A DNA stretch of 64,000 nucleotides, taken from Diadema antillarum. Taxonomy: Eukaryota. Each line of letters begins with the position of its first letter. Within the stretch, counting starts at the first letter, position 1. Both the position numbers and the translations under genes were made by a program. Location of the stretch: contig NW_027271365.1 in the NCBI RefSeq assembly GCF_040938485.1, positions 1,550,001-1,614,000 of the forward strand, given 5' to 3'. This document shows positions 13,277-26,900 of this stretch, in pieces. The notes below the pieces were generated by a model. The model was given only the letters and a program-made list of their open reading frames with translations, was not told the DNA's origin and did no database searches.

Positions 13277-15815
13277 AAAGTTTCACCTCTTGAGCACACA
13301 CATTCAACCACAGAAGTGAGAACTGGAAACAGATGACACTTTGAATCTTGTCGATGAGGAGCGTTTCACAGTTACTATAAGAGATGTTTAACAATGGACT
13401 CAGTCTTTTGTGTGCTGCAGGTACCCTACAAACCCACAGAGAGCCTCAAGGTGAGGGGAGAGAGTGTCAGAACGTCACATCTCCATTTTGTGTCTCAAGG
13501 AGAACATTTGAACCAAAGACTGCTGCCCTCCCTAAACTACATTACGGGCAACTGCCCTCGACAGTAAATAGAGCAGCTACGTGACATCACAATTGGATGG
13601 GGAGGAGGTAGAAGTGGCAAAAATCCATTTTCTCTTTCATTTTCTTTGTATTTTTAAGCTTTATTTTTAATGTTTTGTTTCATCAGTGATCTTGGCCCAG
13701 ATCTACCTGGGTTCAGTTTCTCTCTCTCTTTCCATGGATACAGGTCAGAAACAAAGGAAAGATTGATTAATCTGTAATGCATTCAATACTTCACTTTCAT
13801 AAAAAAAGACCCGTTCTCATCATTCATCCTCGCTGCCTTTTTCCGCCGATCTTTTCTCCCTCTCCTATATATGCCTCAACACTGCTGTTAAGTTTCATAT
13901 AATGCACATTTAGAAATCCACATAATGTAAATCGCAAACACACACTGAAAATAAAGCGAAAAGGGACAAAACCGCATCCAGACACAATGCTACGTGGCAA
14001 AAAAACATGATTTCTTTTACCCCCGGGGGGTGAAATGCAAGGTTATCTATTTCCTTTTGTCTGTGGGATGTATTTCCTTTCACCCGAGTATGTAGCTGAG
14101 TCAGCGGCTGTCAACACCACATGCATCCGTGCCTCAGATATGTTACGGACTCGATCCTCTTGATTTACCAATCTTTGCGGAAACGTATGTGTCACTTCAT
14201 ATTAGCTGCGGGGCAGATGTGGCATAATATGTGTGTGTACCGACAAATTCATCGTCATCGAGATTGCAAATTGACAGGTTTGATGTAAAACGTCTTATGT
14301 TTCATATGTCCATGCAGTTATAGATACAATGTAGATGGTAAATAAAGCTGCCAGTCTTATATGGTCTTTTCTTCTTTTTGTACCGAGTCATGATCACTGT
14401 TGAAAGGAAGCCAAAGAAGAAATAAGCTTCAAAGTTGTTTTGAACATTTAATCATTACCTTACTATACTATTATGTTTTTCATTTCCAGTTACTATTGTG
14501 TTTCATTTTTGTAATGATACATACTCTGGGTTTGTTGTTATGTACACAGGGTCCTTTGTTAGAACAGTTGGAAAACTCAAAGGACCATACCCTGCTGCAA
14601 CAAGCTTGAATAAACAAACAGGGCGTGCTGGGCCTGCAATAGTGGTTGAATCCTAAGTATTTGCATGGGAAAAACAACAACAACAAAACATCAAAGACAT
14701 TGCGCATGTTGCCTGTTAAGTCAAGGTGGCCACACATTTCATACCATGGCTCTTTTGTGAAAGCAATATTTGAACCATAATTGCTTGGGGATCAAAGATT
14801 CAGCACTAAGCCAGTTCAGAGTTAGCTCATGGGCACATTTGTACGAATGACCTTTCTTATTTCTCAGTCAGTTAGGGGCACTTTACTTGGTTTTTTTTCA
14901 GCCTTTGCAACTTCATTCTGGAACTTTTCACCACAAAAAAAAGAAGCTCTCCATTCTCATCTTTCAATCCTTAACCCACTGAAGACTAGCTCCAAGTACA
15001 CTCGGTCAGGTGTCTATGGGAAATACGTGTTGTAGCAATATTAGCTTGTCCTCAACGGGTTAATATTGCAATTCAATGAAACTCCAACAGTCGGCATTCT
15101 CAAACCCCTCGTGGCTGCCTATTCTATTTAAGCGATTGTGCAATGTGTATGCCAGTTCTATATTTTCCCTCCTCTGCACGAATGTTGCGCTGGGTGCCAA
15201 GCCAAAGTTGCAATTATTCACGATTGGAGCTTGCTCAGAGAACCACGTTCCTCCCTGTCACATTCGATCACGTCTCGTCGCATCGAGACTCATTTCCCAC
15301 ACCAGCCACAGCTGCATTTGAAATCAGAACACTTCACAGATCAGGAGTCGAATTCACAACTGTCCTTGAGACATGGTGCAACATTTGACTTTTCTTCGTC
15401 TTTGAATGAAATGTCAACAATATGTTGCCAATTTGCAGGTGGCAGGATTAAAGTCACGGTATAATGCATCACTGGTGTATTCTCCAGCATAAAAGGGACT
15501 CTGTAATTCCTTAACCGTAAGACTTAAACAAACACTGCTTTTATGAATGCCATCTTGTTGCTTTTGTACTTTCACAAATAAAACACATGAAAATGAAGCA
15601 TATAAGTGATATTTGTGAAATTTATAAAGGATCATACAGATTGTGAGATAGACATGTAGAAAATCAGGCATTGTAATCTTTACATAGTTTGTTTAATTCT
15701 TCCTTCTTTAATTTGTATGCCTCTACAGAACAGTAGAATATCATGGAGTATTATAATCTTGCATCAAAGTGACCATTGCAAACACATCCATCATCACGTA
15801 AGTTATTGTTTATCT

Positions 15816-16278
15816 NNNNNNNNNNNNNNNNNNNNNNNNNNNNNNNNNNNNNNNNNNNNNNNNNNNNNNNNNNNNNNNNNNNNNNNNNNNNNNNNNNNNN
15901 NNNNNNNNNNNNNNNNNNNNNNNNNNNNNNNNNNNNNNNNNNNNNNNNNNNNNNNNNNNNNNNNNNNNNNNNNNNNNNNNNNNNNNNNNNNNNNNNNNNN
16001 NNNNNNNNNNNNNNNNNNNNNNNNNNNNNNNNNNNNNNNNNNNNNNNNNNNNNNNNNNNNNNNNNNNNNNNNNNNNNNNNNNNNNNNNNNNNNNNNNNNN
16101 NNNNNNNNNNNNNNNNNNNNNNNNNNNNNNNNNNNNNNNNNNNNNNNNNNNNNNNNNNNNNNNNNNNNNNNNNNNNNNNNNNNNNNNNNNNNNNNNNNNN
16201 NNNNNNNNNNNNNNNNNNNNNNNNNNNNNNNNNNNNNNNNNNNNNNNNNNNNNNNNNNNNNNNNNNNNNNNNNNNNNN
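15816..16278. other. Assembly gap (N run)
   Basis: Continuous Ns, flanked on the right by a (CAT)n-like repeat. Confidence 0.99.
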
Positions 16279-19200
16279 CACCGTCACCATCACCATCATC
16301 ATCATCATCAGTTGGATATTTAACAAAAGATCAGTTCCACTTCCTATTCTACTTCTAAATTCTAGTTACCGTATGGATTATTCCTTTTCTACTCTTGCAC
16401 TGATTCTCTTGAATGATCACCTTGTCAAATTCCAAGACATAATTTCTGAAGAGATTTTCAGACCACACATCTAGCCTCCAGCTCTTAACCCACCGGTTCC
16501 TGGAACCGGCAGCACCATCTATCAAATCTACAGGGAATTACCATGCGATTACTGCTTTACAATATCTCGAGAAGTGCTGTTGTCTTGTTTTTTGTTTGCA
16601 TTCAAAAACACCTGCCTTGGAGCCTATATTTATGATTCCTCCTCCTCGTCTTTTCCTCCACATCTAACCATCATTATCCTCAAGGTAAAAGCAGATGTGA
16701 AATGCAGCACAAAGCATGGGAGGAATTTTGAGTAGTCCAGTGGTTTGCATGCTTGATTAGAAATAGGTTGGTCCTAGGCTCAAAGCCCTCACCATGGCTC
16801 CAGTTTCTTTTCGCCAGACATTTATCATGGAGAGCTGTCACATCTCATTCAGATAGCTAACATGGATGAATGCAAGCACGGGAAACCACAGACTGAGATG
16901 AATCATCATAACCTGGTCTGAAAGCTGAAATGTAAGCCACCTGGTCGCACCTGTGCCTTCATCACAAATTCAGTGAATGATGTTAACAATCTTCGGGAGA
17001 TTGAGAAAATGAATTAGCCCCATATTCATGGAAAGAGAGTTCAACACAGACTCCTACACAGACAAACACACATGCATACATCCCTGGTTTATTACAGATA
17101 TGGAGTCCTCCCCACACATTTTGCTAAAACACAAAAAACACACAAAGAGAGAGCTTTCAACCAAAATGTATGCATGGTCAGTGATCTCTCTCTGTTTGCC
17201 TCATATTTCCTCCTTCAGTCTCTTCTCAGAACACTGGTGGTAGAGTACAGATGAGCAGGTCTACCAGGGTAACAATAAACCCCCCCCCCCCCGGTAATTG
17301 AATCGCAATGTGCATATAGCGAGACAATGTCTGACTCATTACACTCGATGAGATATTGATTCCTGGTACACGTGCGCCACGCTACAGCACCACTCGTGAC
17401 ATCTTCTCGGGAATAACGGCTGACCTGTGCTCACTCGGCGCACATTTTTTCCCAGAATCTATAGCAAGATCTTCTCGTTACTGTCTAGCGAGCGGCATAC
17501 ATCAAAATTGTACTAACGCTAACTGCAAATGAAATAGCGGCCCCCAAGTGAGGAAGAAGGTTAACTGCTTTGTTTCCAAATCAAATCAAAACACGTACAC
17601 TTTCTAGCTGAAGGAGGAGAAAATTGATGTGCTCCAATATCAATACAGTGACTACACTGCTTTGACGTCATACACCCTAGTCATCAGTGGCAGTCTAATA
17701 TTGTTTCTTGGAAGCGAATGGCTCCAGGACTGGACAGGGTTGTCATTTCATTTCACTCATAGCAATCAATGCATGACTGCTTTATGATCTGAAACGGTTA
17801 TCACATGAGATGCTAACTACCATGTAGAAAAAAAAGAACATTTGAGCCAAAAATTGCTGACATTTAATGTCTTGTTTGTATGGCTTCATTTGAAATTGGA
17901 ACACATTACATACAATCAAGCATGCATCCTAAAAGTTTCCATTATCAATGATTACCATCACAAAAAAAAAATATAAAACTTACACTGGGACAGTATGATG
18001 AACTGATTATTGTGACTCCACCCCCCCCAAAAAAAAAAAAAAATGTAATTGTAATAGTTTCAGAAAGATTATTTGCTCAAAAGTTGTCAGGCAAAACCAT
18101 GTGAGCTCTAAAAGGATGCAGACCCAATTTCATTACTTGTAAGTTAATACTATCACTTCCTATAACAATGTTCGGACACATGGCTGGTCAACAAAATTTC
18201 ACATGGTATCATAGCAATTTAGATGAATTCGGTACTTAATCATTTTCGAGGCAAATCTGCAGACATTTTCCATCCAAACAGACCTATGAAACAAAACTCC
18301 AGGCCCTCTCATAATGCATATACATAAAATGATTTTATTAATGGCCACATGGGCTTTACATGGTGTTTTAATATCATTCTGGGAACAATTTACTCTTTTC
18401 AAGGAATAAACTTCCTGGTATACTCTACAATGGCATGCAAAGATGCACAGCCATCAAATCCATCTCATTTTGATTTGCAAAAGCAATAATTGATTAAAAG
18501 AGCATATCGCTTCATCAGTATTAGAATATGCAGCCACTTGTACTCCTTTGCCATACCTGAAGTTGAATGCACACTAAAGCTCACTGGACATCCTGAAGCA
18601 TGAAACCTTGTTCGCTTTTAATAAATTATGAACAGACCATCCAACGTACAACTGACATTGAATGGAATTGCAGTTGACTTTTTAAAATGTCTATATACTT
18701 TCAGAATGAATAGACTTTTGTTGATTGATGAGTCCCATAACTGTATTTTTTTCTCTTTTCCCCCTTGAATTACTATCAATTGTTGGATTATTCACAGGAG
18801 CACTTATCGCGTTAATTGCTTTTAATGATTTCTGAAAATGACAGCTGGTTGGAATGGGCCGACATCGCTACGTGGATTTGCACGCTTCTGCGAACATCTG
18901 TCGATGACCTGTCTGAAAGGGCTTTCCATGAATGCGACTTCAATCGGCAAGACAGCGATCGCAATTACGAGGACTGTCGGCAGGTTTGGGTGTCTATGAT
19001 GTCATTGAGAGAGCTCCTAGTAATCGAGTCTTGGCGTGCCATACAACGTAATGTAATGTGTTTGGTGTGCATGATGTGTGCATGCATGCGGTCATGCATG
19101 TAAAAACTTGCACGCATGTGTTGATGCCAACATGTGTGAATATCACGACCAATTTTAGCGTACGTGCCAGTCGCTTCATATCATAAAAAGTGAAAATATT

Positions 19201-19856
19201 GCAATAGACAGTGATGATACCCCTTCGCGGTCGAGACACCTGCAAAGACACTTTCAATAAAACCCATGCTTTTTCTCTCACTGGTTTCATTTCCCTTCCG
19301 TCATTTTATCCTTATCTGGGTTTGATTAGAGCTGTAGCTAATGCTTCCCCTTCAATAAATACAGAAAATTCAAGTATGCCAACAGAAATACGCCTTCTGT
19401 TTACTTCCACACTCATTCAAAGGAACAAACTTGGTAGAGTGACAAGTGAGTTTTAAGTATTTGGAAGAGCAGGAGAAAGGAGAGGATATTTGCTTTGTTT
19501 ATCAAAAGAATGTAAAAATACAAGCTGTCTCAAATGGCACTTCAAAACATGTTCTTTCATTGCAAGGAACTTATATAGAATCAGCTAAACTACAGTCAAG
19601 GACATCATACATCATTTTCTTTTTAAAGCAGGATGGCACTGCACTGGGAGATATGAGTATGTATTTCTGGTCAATACGGACATCAAACACCATGGCTCAA
19701 TTTCTTCCAATTATCTCTTGTACAGGTTGGGTTATAGGTGGTGGTGGTAGTGGTGGTGTGGTGGGGGTGGGGTGGGGTTGTGGGGGAGGTTTAATCAGCA
19801 GATGCAGACAGGTAGCATTAAGGGGATTAATGGTAGTATAAGTGAGTGTGAGTGTG

Positions 19857-19858
<2 letters not shown>

Positions 19859-19922
<64 letters not shown>
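19859..19922. repeat. (TG)n microsatellite
   Basis: Uninterrupted TG dinucleotide run. Confidence 0.95.
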
Positions 19923-19928
<6 letters not shown>

Positions 19929-20380
19929 GAGAGAGACAGGAGAAGAGAGCAACCTGCGTGAGAAGAAGACGCCCTTAGCGATGACAGGAAAGGGATGTGA
20001 GGTTGAGGAAGAGTAGGAGGAGGTGGAGGTTGGAAGATCGATACAGGAAGGAAATACTTGTCAGAACTATCGGAAAGGGCAAACTTTTTTTTTTTTGCCA
20101 ACATCAAAAAACCGAGAAAGGGGAGCCGGTAAGACCGGAGGAAATTGTTCGAACGACATCATTTGAACCTCAGTGTGTGGCATACTTCTGTCTAGAGAAG
20201 GAGGATGCTCTAAGAGCATATCAGCACTAACACTCTACTTCATGCTACAAACTGTAGAAGCGATCTCTAATCAAAAGGAGCTGTATAAAACAGTCGCAAT
20301 ATTTTCATCAATATTCATACTACATGATTAAAAAGGAAAAAAAAAAACTAGGAAAGTGTCATAATCTCCTGGATTTGGCT

Positions 20381-20384
<4 letters not shown>

Positions 20385-20437
<53 letters not shown>
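20385..20437. repeat. (GA)n microsatellite
   Basis: Uninterrupted GA run. Confidence 0.95.
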
Positions 20438-20440
<3 letters not shown>

Positions 20441-22129
20441 GATATTAAATCAAGAGAGCAAGAGATGAGGCAAGAGCACAGGATTCTGATTGGCTGAAAG
20501 CCACTGAGTTTCAAAGTGTCATTTTCAAGTTGATTTTAATTGAGATTCCAATGCAATTGGATCACAGTATCATATTCTTAGTTTGTGAGATGGCATACTA
20601 GCAATTATCACATTCATGCATACACAAACGATCAGCAAAAGCAAAAAGTCAACCAAAATATTTCGTTTTAAGAAGTCCATTGTTAATTTGAGGGATGGTA
20701 TGAAGTCACAACTTTGATTTGAACTAAACTTGAGCAATCACAAACTGTCAGTATGCTTATTATTGGCCTTTGAAAATGAAACAACCTTCCTGTGAAAACA
20801 AGAAAGTGAAGTTTCTGGATCATATTTAACGGTTTTCATTCCTCTTTTCATTGTGCTAATTTGGGGTTGATTGCATGAATGAGGTCATTCAATTTGTGTT
20901 TTTATACAGCAATTGATAAAGTGAACAGAATAGGTCTATTTTGAGTGAAATGACATCCATATTCTGTATAAAAGGACATTTTTGCAAAGTGTTTCAATTT
21001 CTTGTTTTATACAATCTGAGTCACACATGGTTTGTAGGAGAGAAATTTGTCCTTTAGGATATAGAAATATACAAAACCTCTGGCATTATGCACAACTGAC
21101 AACTTCACAGTAAAAATGCCTTAATTGTTTTTACCAATTAACCTGTCCTAGTGAATAAAAGCTAGATTGCACTACTGACTTCTTTTTAGAAATATAAAAG
21201 GATGACATTTAGTGATGCTTTGCTTTCATTCAAAAAGAATATAAAGTGGATCAAATTTCTCTCATTAAATTTGAACCTCAGAGTTTCTTGATGAAAATAT
21301 CATGGTTTATTCAGTTCCCATAGAATGCTACAAGAAATATGTTTTCGAATGTTCTAGAAAGGTATCTATCCTAAGCATTCAGCAACCTAATGATTCATTT
21401 GGTTTTTATAAAGAACAAAGTATGGTGAGAAACAACGTGGATGATTCATTATTATGCCATCTGTCCCACAAGAGAACCCTTACCTAAAAAAAAACCCCAC
21501 AGTAATATTTTTTTTTTAAAGTAAAAGAGAGAGAGAAGCTATGTGTAAGCTGCCAACAAAAAGAACAGCTACTCAGTATGAAGTCATTATTATTTCTGTC
21601 TAGTGTTTAGACCAAAAGCAGGAGAGACAATGTTTTGATTGAATGTCTTGGTCTCGTATTATGTCTGTGCAAGAGTCATCAATGAATTCCAGGTACGGCT
21701 GCATCGCAGAAATTTCAGCTTGTCGGTATAGGGCACAGTCGGTGATATGTGTTGGAGAGACATCTGGATTGATTGATTTCTTGTGATCGATGTTAAGGTA
21801 TTCAAGGCTTTCAAAGATGTGCTTTTCTTCCTTTTTTTTTTCTAGTGTGTGTGCATGCGCCTGCGTGGCTTGCAGCTCAGCATGTATGTGTATGTGTATG
21901 TGTATGTATCTACTGATATGAAAACGATGGAATTCATAGAAGGATAGATATAACATTTCTGTAGGCTGGCATAAAACTAACAATCATGATCATGATGTCA
22001 CTGTTTATAACTATGATAATGACATTCATAATAACAAAAATAATACTCATACCAATGATTATAACAATAATTAAAGTAACAGTAATGATATTGACAAGAA
22101 TAGCAGTAATAAAAATGATTGTATATAGT

Positions 22130-22360
22130 CTTGTTCATTGAAGGAAGCCTTTATACTTATATGTTCTCCCAGCATGGCCTTGCGGCTAGTCATTATGACC
22201 TGAATAACCATACATAGTCATTCTTACTTCTGGGACAAGAGAGAGAAGCACTTGCATGAAACATCTTGTCCATCTAGGATGTCATGCAGCTGCAGGCAGG
22301 ATTTGAACCTTGCACCCTATAATCTGAGCCACATCCTCATCCACTAGACCACAGGACTCA
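22130..22360 (-). mobile_element. Degenerate tRNA-derived SINE
   Basis: The minus strand reads GTGGTCTAGTGG (A-box-like) ... AGGTTCAAATCCTGC (B-box, + 22296-22310), followed by a body and an AT-rich tail. Boundaries are approximate. Confidence 0.5.
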
Positions 22361-23792
22361 CAAATGGGCCTTGCAAAATAGGATGGCTTGCAAAAATGCA
22401 TTGCAGATGACAACTGCTAACAAGATCAATGAATAGATGATCATTATGTATTAGACAGCACAGGAAAGAAACTGGTAAAAAAAGAAAGAAAAGGAAGAAA
22501 AAGGTCTAGTAATTGCCGACTTATTACATAATTCTTTCCGGGAAGACGCTTGCTTCTGTTTCATTAAAGAAAGAAAAGAAAAAGGAGCTAATCAAATAAG
22601 CTCTTCAAGGAAGAGGCACATCCACACACTTTATGCTCTCCTGTAAAACTTGATTTGAAATCAGGGACATCTGTGAACATGTAATGACTGAGTAAGAATC
22701 TCTCTTGGTATTGTGTTCAATTGCACTGACCTCGCTCATATCCCTGGGCCGCATGCTTGCTGATTGACAAACATTGTATTGTTTGTATTGGATATCAGGC
22801 AAGACATCGGAGCCAGCTCGGACTGACCTGGCAGGGATAATTTATAATGATTTCCTTCATACATGGATAATCCCAGGGACACACAGAATAGTAATCACGA
22901 GCCATCATGCCAGGATTTGGTTGGTAATGAAAATGCATCTGAGATTGGACACTTACCTTAGTCCTAGAATTACGATTTTTTTTTCAAGTTTTTTGGCCGA
23001 AAAAGAAGAATGTTTGACTTTAAAATGAGGGTTTGCTAGTGTGGACATATTTCTGTAACTTTGCTTTACGTCATGCAAACAAGGTACCATTATGAAAGCA
23101 CTCAACTAATGCTAAGGTACTGAATGGGCCAACGGGGGGAGTTCACACATAGTCAAACTGTGAAATGATTTACCATTAGAAATTAGGAAATCCCATTGTA
23201 CCGTATATATGCCAATAATTTCCCTAGCTTTTATTGTGAATTTCGTGAATCGGGTGATATGCGTGAATCTAACGATAAGCAATAATAGAACCTCTGATCC
23301 CAACTTAAATGTGGCGTGCACAAGAACATTTCTCTGTCCATTACTGCACTCCATCATCGCAAATCTAACCACCCACGAAACTGTCAGGAGGTCCTGATTG
23401 TCAGAAAGTTAGACTCTCTGAATAAATAAGTCATATAAAGTATTTAAATAAAAGATTAATACGCCATCAGGTTTCCTTACCTCTGGCACTACTTCTCTTC
23501 AGACACACGAACTAGCCTACCTCTGTGTTGCTTTCCATCATATCATTGTTTTGGCCATGTTTTATCCTCTTGGCTGCACTGGTTGATTCCTTGCACACCT
23601 ACACACTCATCTGCTAGTCATTACAGCCGTGCCATTGAATAAACTTAGAACACAAAGCATACCGCAGGCGCATTATACATCAATCCCCTCGACCTAGGAA
23701 AATCAGTTTGACAATATCATCTCTCATCCTTAACAGACAAAATGAACACTATGAAAATAAATCTCATCTCTGAAATACATTGAAAACTAGTA

Positions 23793-23960
23793 ATGTCGCT
23801 ACATGGCGACTGGTATGCCTCCGCCATGATGCATGGTTCTCCCAATAGGTATATGGTACGTCTCAACAATGTGTGATGACAGTTTTATGTAACTGGCAAA
23901 ATATTAAAAGGAAATGTTTGTCACAAATGTGTTGAATGTTCACTTTCCTTGAACTAGGTG
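23793..23960 (+). mobile_element. 5'-end fragment of the HINE-like family at 8057
   Basis: About 165 bp closely similar to 8062-8232 (…ATGCCTCCGCCAT…GCATGGTTCTC…AACTGGCAAAATATTAAAAGG…GAACTAGGT). Confidence 0.75.
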
Positions 23961-26900
23961 TCATGGATATGCATTTGTGCAAAGTGGGCGTGGCCTGTTC
24001 GGCCCACGTTGGAGCAGAGGATGGATTGAGACTGGGGACGATGGCACTCGAGGTGAGGGGAGGAATAAAGTTTTGTTGTTACTTAAGTCTGGTATGGCGG
24101 TGGTGATTTGTTTGTTGTCAGAAACGATACGAGAGACAAGTTGCTGTGCCACCAATATCTTCCTCCCTTCCGTTATATAGGTTTCATTGGTTGAATGGCT
24201 ATATTGTCTAAGAGAGCAGGTTTATAGGCAGAGACAAACAAATGCTTGCAAGCTCCCATAGCATGAGCCATTGTGTAATTACTCAATTAACTTTGACCAC
24301 AGCAGTGTTAAAATAATAATTATGGGCATAGGGACCAGGTATATTGATGAGTATTTCGGACGGAGCCAAAAGGGGGACCTTTCGATCCCAGCAGAATCTT
24401 TTATTGGATTAGCAGTTTCAGCTTTTTGTTGTAGTTGTTGTTGTTGTTGCTATGATGAGTATTTTGATGAGCATTTGAAATTCCCCCCCCCCAAAAAAAA
24501 AAAATTATGAAGTTTTCTTGATCATTTTTCAAAATGGTAAATACAAAGCGTACACTATGCACTCTAAGTTAACAGTAACAATAACCTTTCGTAGATATCA
24601 TCAAACATATCACACACATGATGCTCCCCTTTTATACAGAAAAAAAGAAGAAGACAAGAAACCTTCTTTACGCAAGGACTTGCAAAGTGATTACATATAC
24701 TTACTAGCATTCAGCATGCTACGTATGGGATCATTCGGAAATCAGGGAGGCGGTCATTACAACACATGTTTAATAGGTCAGTGCACATGGTGACAGAATC
24801 TATTCATAAGAAAAGGAGGCATAGTGCTCTTGAGTATCACAACATTAGCTGCCCCATATTGTGCCATCATCTCCATCAAGAAAAAAAAAGGAGAAATCTT
24901 TGAATTGACTGTTGATTAGCAATTGTTAGTCTTCACTGAATCAACAGCTCGAGTGCAAGAACATATCCCCCCCCCAAAAAAAAAAGAGATAAAAAAGAAA
25001 CAAGAACATAAAAAGCCTTCCTAACCTTCGATCCATGCAATGGCATAAAACTATTGATCTTTGCTTACTGGATGTTGTCTTCGATCCAGCAGTAAAGCTT
25101 TTGATCTGCATCAAAAAATGACCTCAAACACATTGCTATAAACTAACTCTTCCTCTTTCTCACTAACACATATAATCACATTATTCTTTCTCTCCCTCTC
25201 TTTCTCATACACACATACACACATTTCATTATATTTTCCTTATAATTAAGTAAAGCAAATTGTTCAATTCAAAGCTTAGCATCTACAAAAAACATATCTG
25301 CAAAAAATACAAAAGATTATTTCCTGACACTATACGGTTTTGTGAGGACGCATTACATACGTGCATACATTTTCTTATGCAGTCATGCGTACACTTGCTG
25401 TAGGGTAGTGTCATTGTAAGGGAAGACAGAACAGATTAAATCAAGAAAAAAGTCAATACTCTTGTAATATCATTTTATCTGCTATCACAGTATCCACAAA
25501 GTCAATGCTGTGAGCTCAGAGCCGTTCATAATCAATTTCCCCAGCAGTCTGGCAATTGATCACATGAATATCGGCAGAGAAAAGAAACAAATGCCATGCC
25601 TGCCAATAGATTACCGCAGATAAATCATCCAAAAGCCACACGGTGATGTTGACAACCAATCTTTTCTGTACTCTGATCAAATAGCTTTCAGTTCACTAGA
25701 GGACAACTGTTTTGAGCATTGAATTGAAATTCATTAACCACACCTGTTGGTTATCAAAACTTTATGATTCTCTCACAGGCTCACTTCAGAGACTCTGTGC
25801 AGGCTGCTAAAAAGAAAGCACATGATTTTTGTAAACAACTCACAAAGCACTGACAAAAGAATGAAAGCTGAAGTATTAAATCTTCATCTATTACCTTTAT
25901 AGCATATGGAGTTACTTTTGTTGTGTGAGTGTGTACTTTGTTTTGCTGTTTTCCTTGAATTTCCCCACACAATCACTATTGCAGCATGACAAAAGGTACA
26001 GGGACAATGGGTACAATGATTCAATAAGATACAGCCTGCTGTACATTGCACATTAAAGTGTCTCTTGTTTATTTTTTTATGCAACCCTACTACAGATGCT
26101 TGCAGTGTGTGCATCTTTGCATATATATATCATCTAAACTCGCCTGAAGATTTATGGCAGTCAAGATTTTGCTTATCAATCTTTGTTTCTGTGTAGGCAG
26201 CAAAATGTTGGCCCACGGCCAGCTACAATTCAACTGAAAAGATTCCTTTAACAGTTGTCTTTGGGAAACAAGGAAAAAACAAAGTTGATGTGGAGCATCG
26301 CTCTGCTCTGTAGAAGGTCCATATCTAAGGGAGATAACTCCAGTCACCCCCTCCGCCCATAGGGACTTGACATTTCTTGCAACCCGTCCATTGCTTGCCA
26401 TTATAACAACTGCCTGCTAGGTGAATTTCTTTTCAACAGCACCCTCTTTGGGTCAAAATGAGAAAGTGTAAAAGAGTAAACAGCTGAAACTTGGGTGAAT
26501 CACTTGTGTATCATGTTACTCTATATAAATCAATACTATCTACAGTCAATACTATGCAGACATTCCTGTTACTACAGGTATTGTTTGTGTGTGTGTCTCT
26601 GGACAAGGCCACTGCTGCATAAGTCCTGTCTTGCTGGGTTACCTGTTTGTCTAAAAGTATGTGCGCCAGCTGCCGAGAATGACAAAACAAGATCGAGTAG
26701 GCAGCTGCCAAATCTATGGCGACTTTTACGATGGTGTTGCTACATCAGTCAGATATCGAGCAACATCAAAACGATGTAAACATGTTGTGGTAAGCTCAAA
26801 ATATGAGTGGCCATTACATGCTTCTCAACATGAGTTACTCTGTTTAGACAAATCGTATTTCTGATGAGCATGTGCTAGATTTTTACCAATACAACTATAA

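Noticed and set aside
15717-16474. Long ORFs in the track spanning poly-X (also near 35564-35900 and 47713-48118)
   Set aside because: These are artefacts of N gaps.
19697-20107. ORFs with THTH, VCVC or IYIY runs (also 42990-43762, 56154-56351, 57080-57491)
   Set aside because: These are translations of microsatellites.
21600-21983. 127-aa minus-strand ORF
   Set aside because: It has a low-complexity N-terminal half, no recognisable motif and no convincing splice sites.
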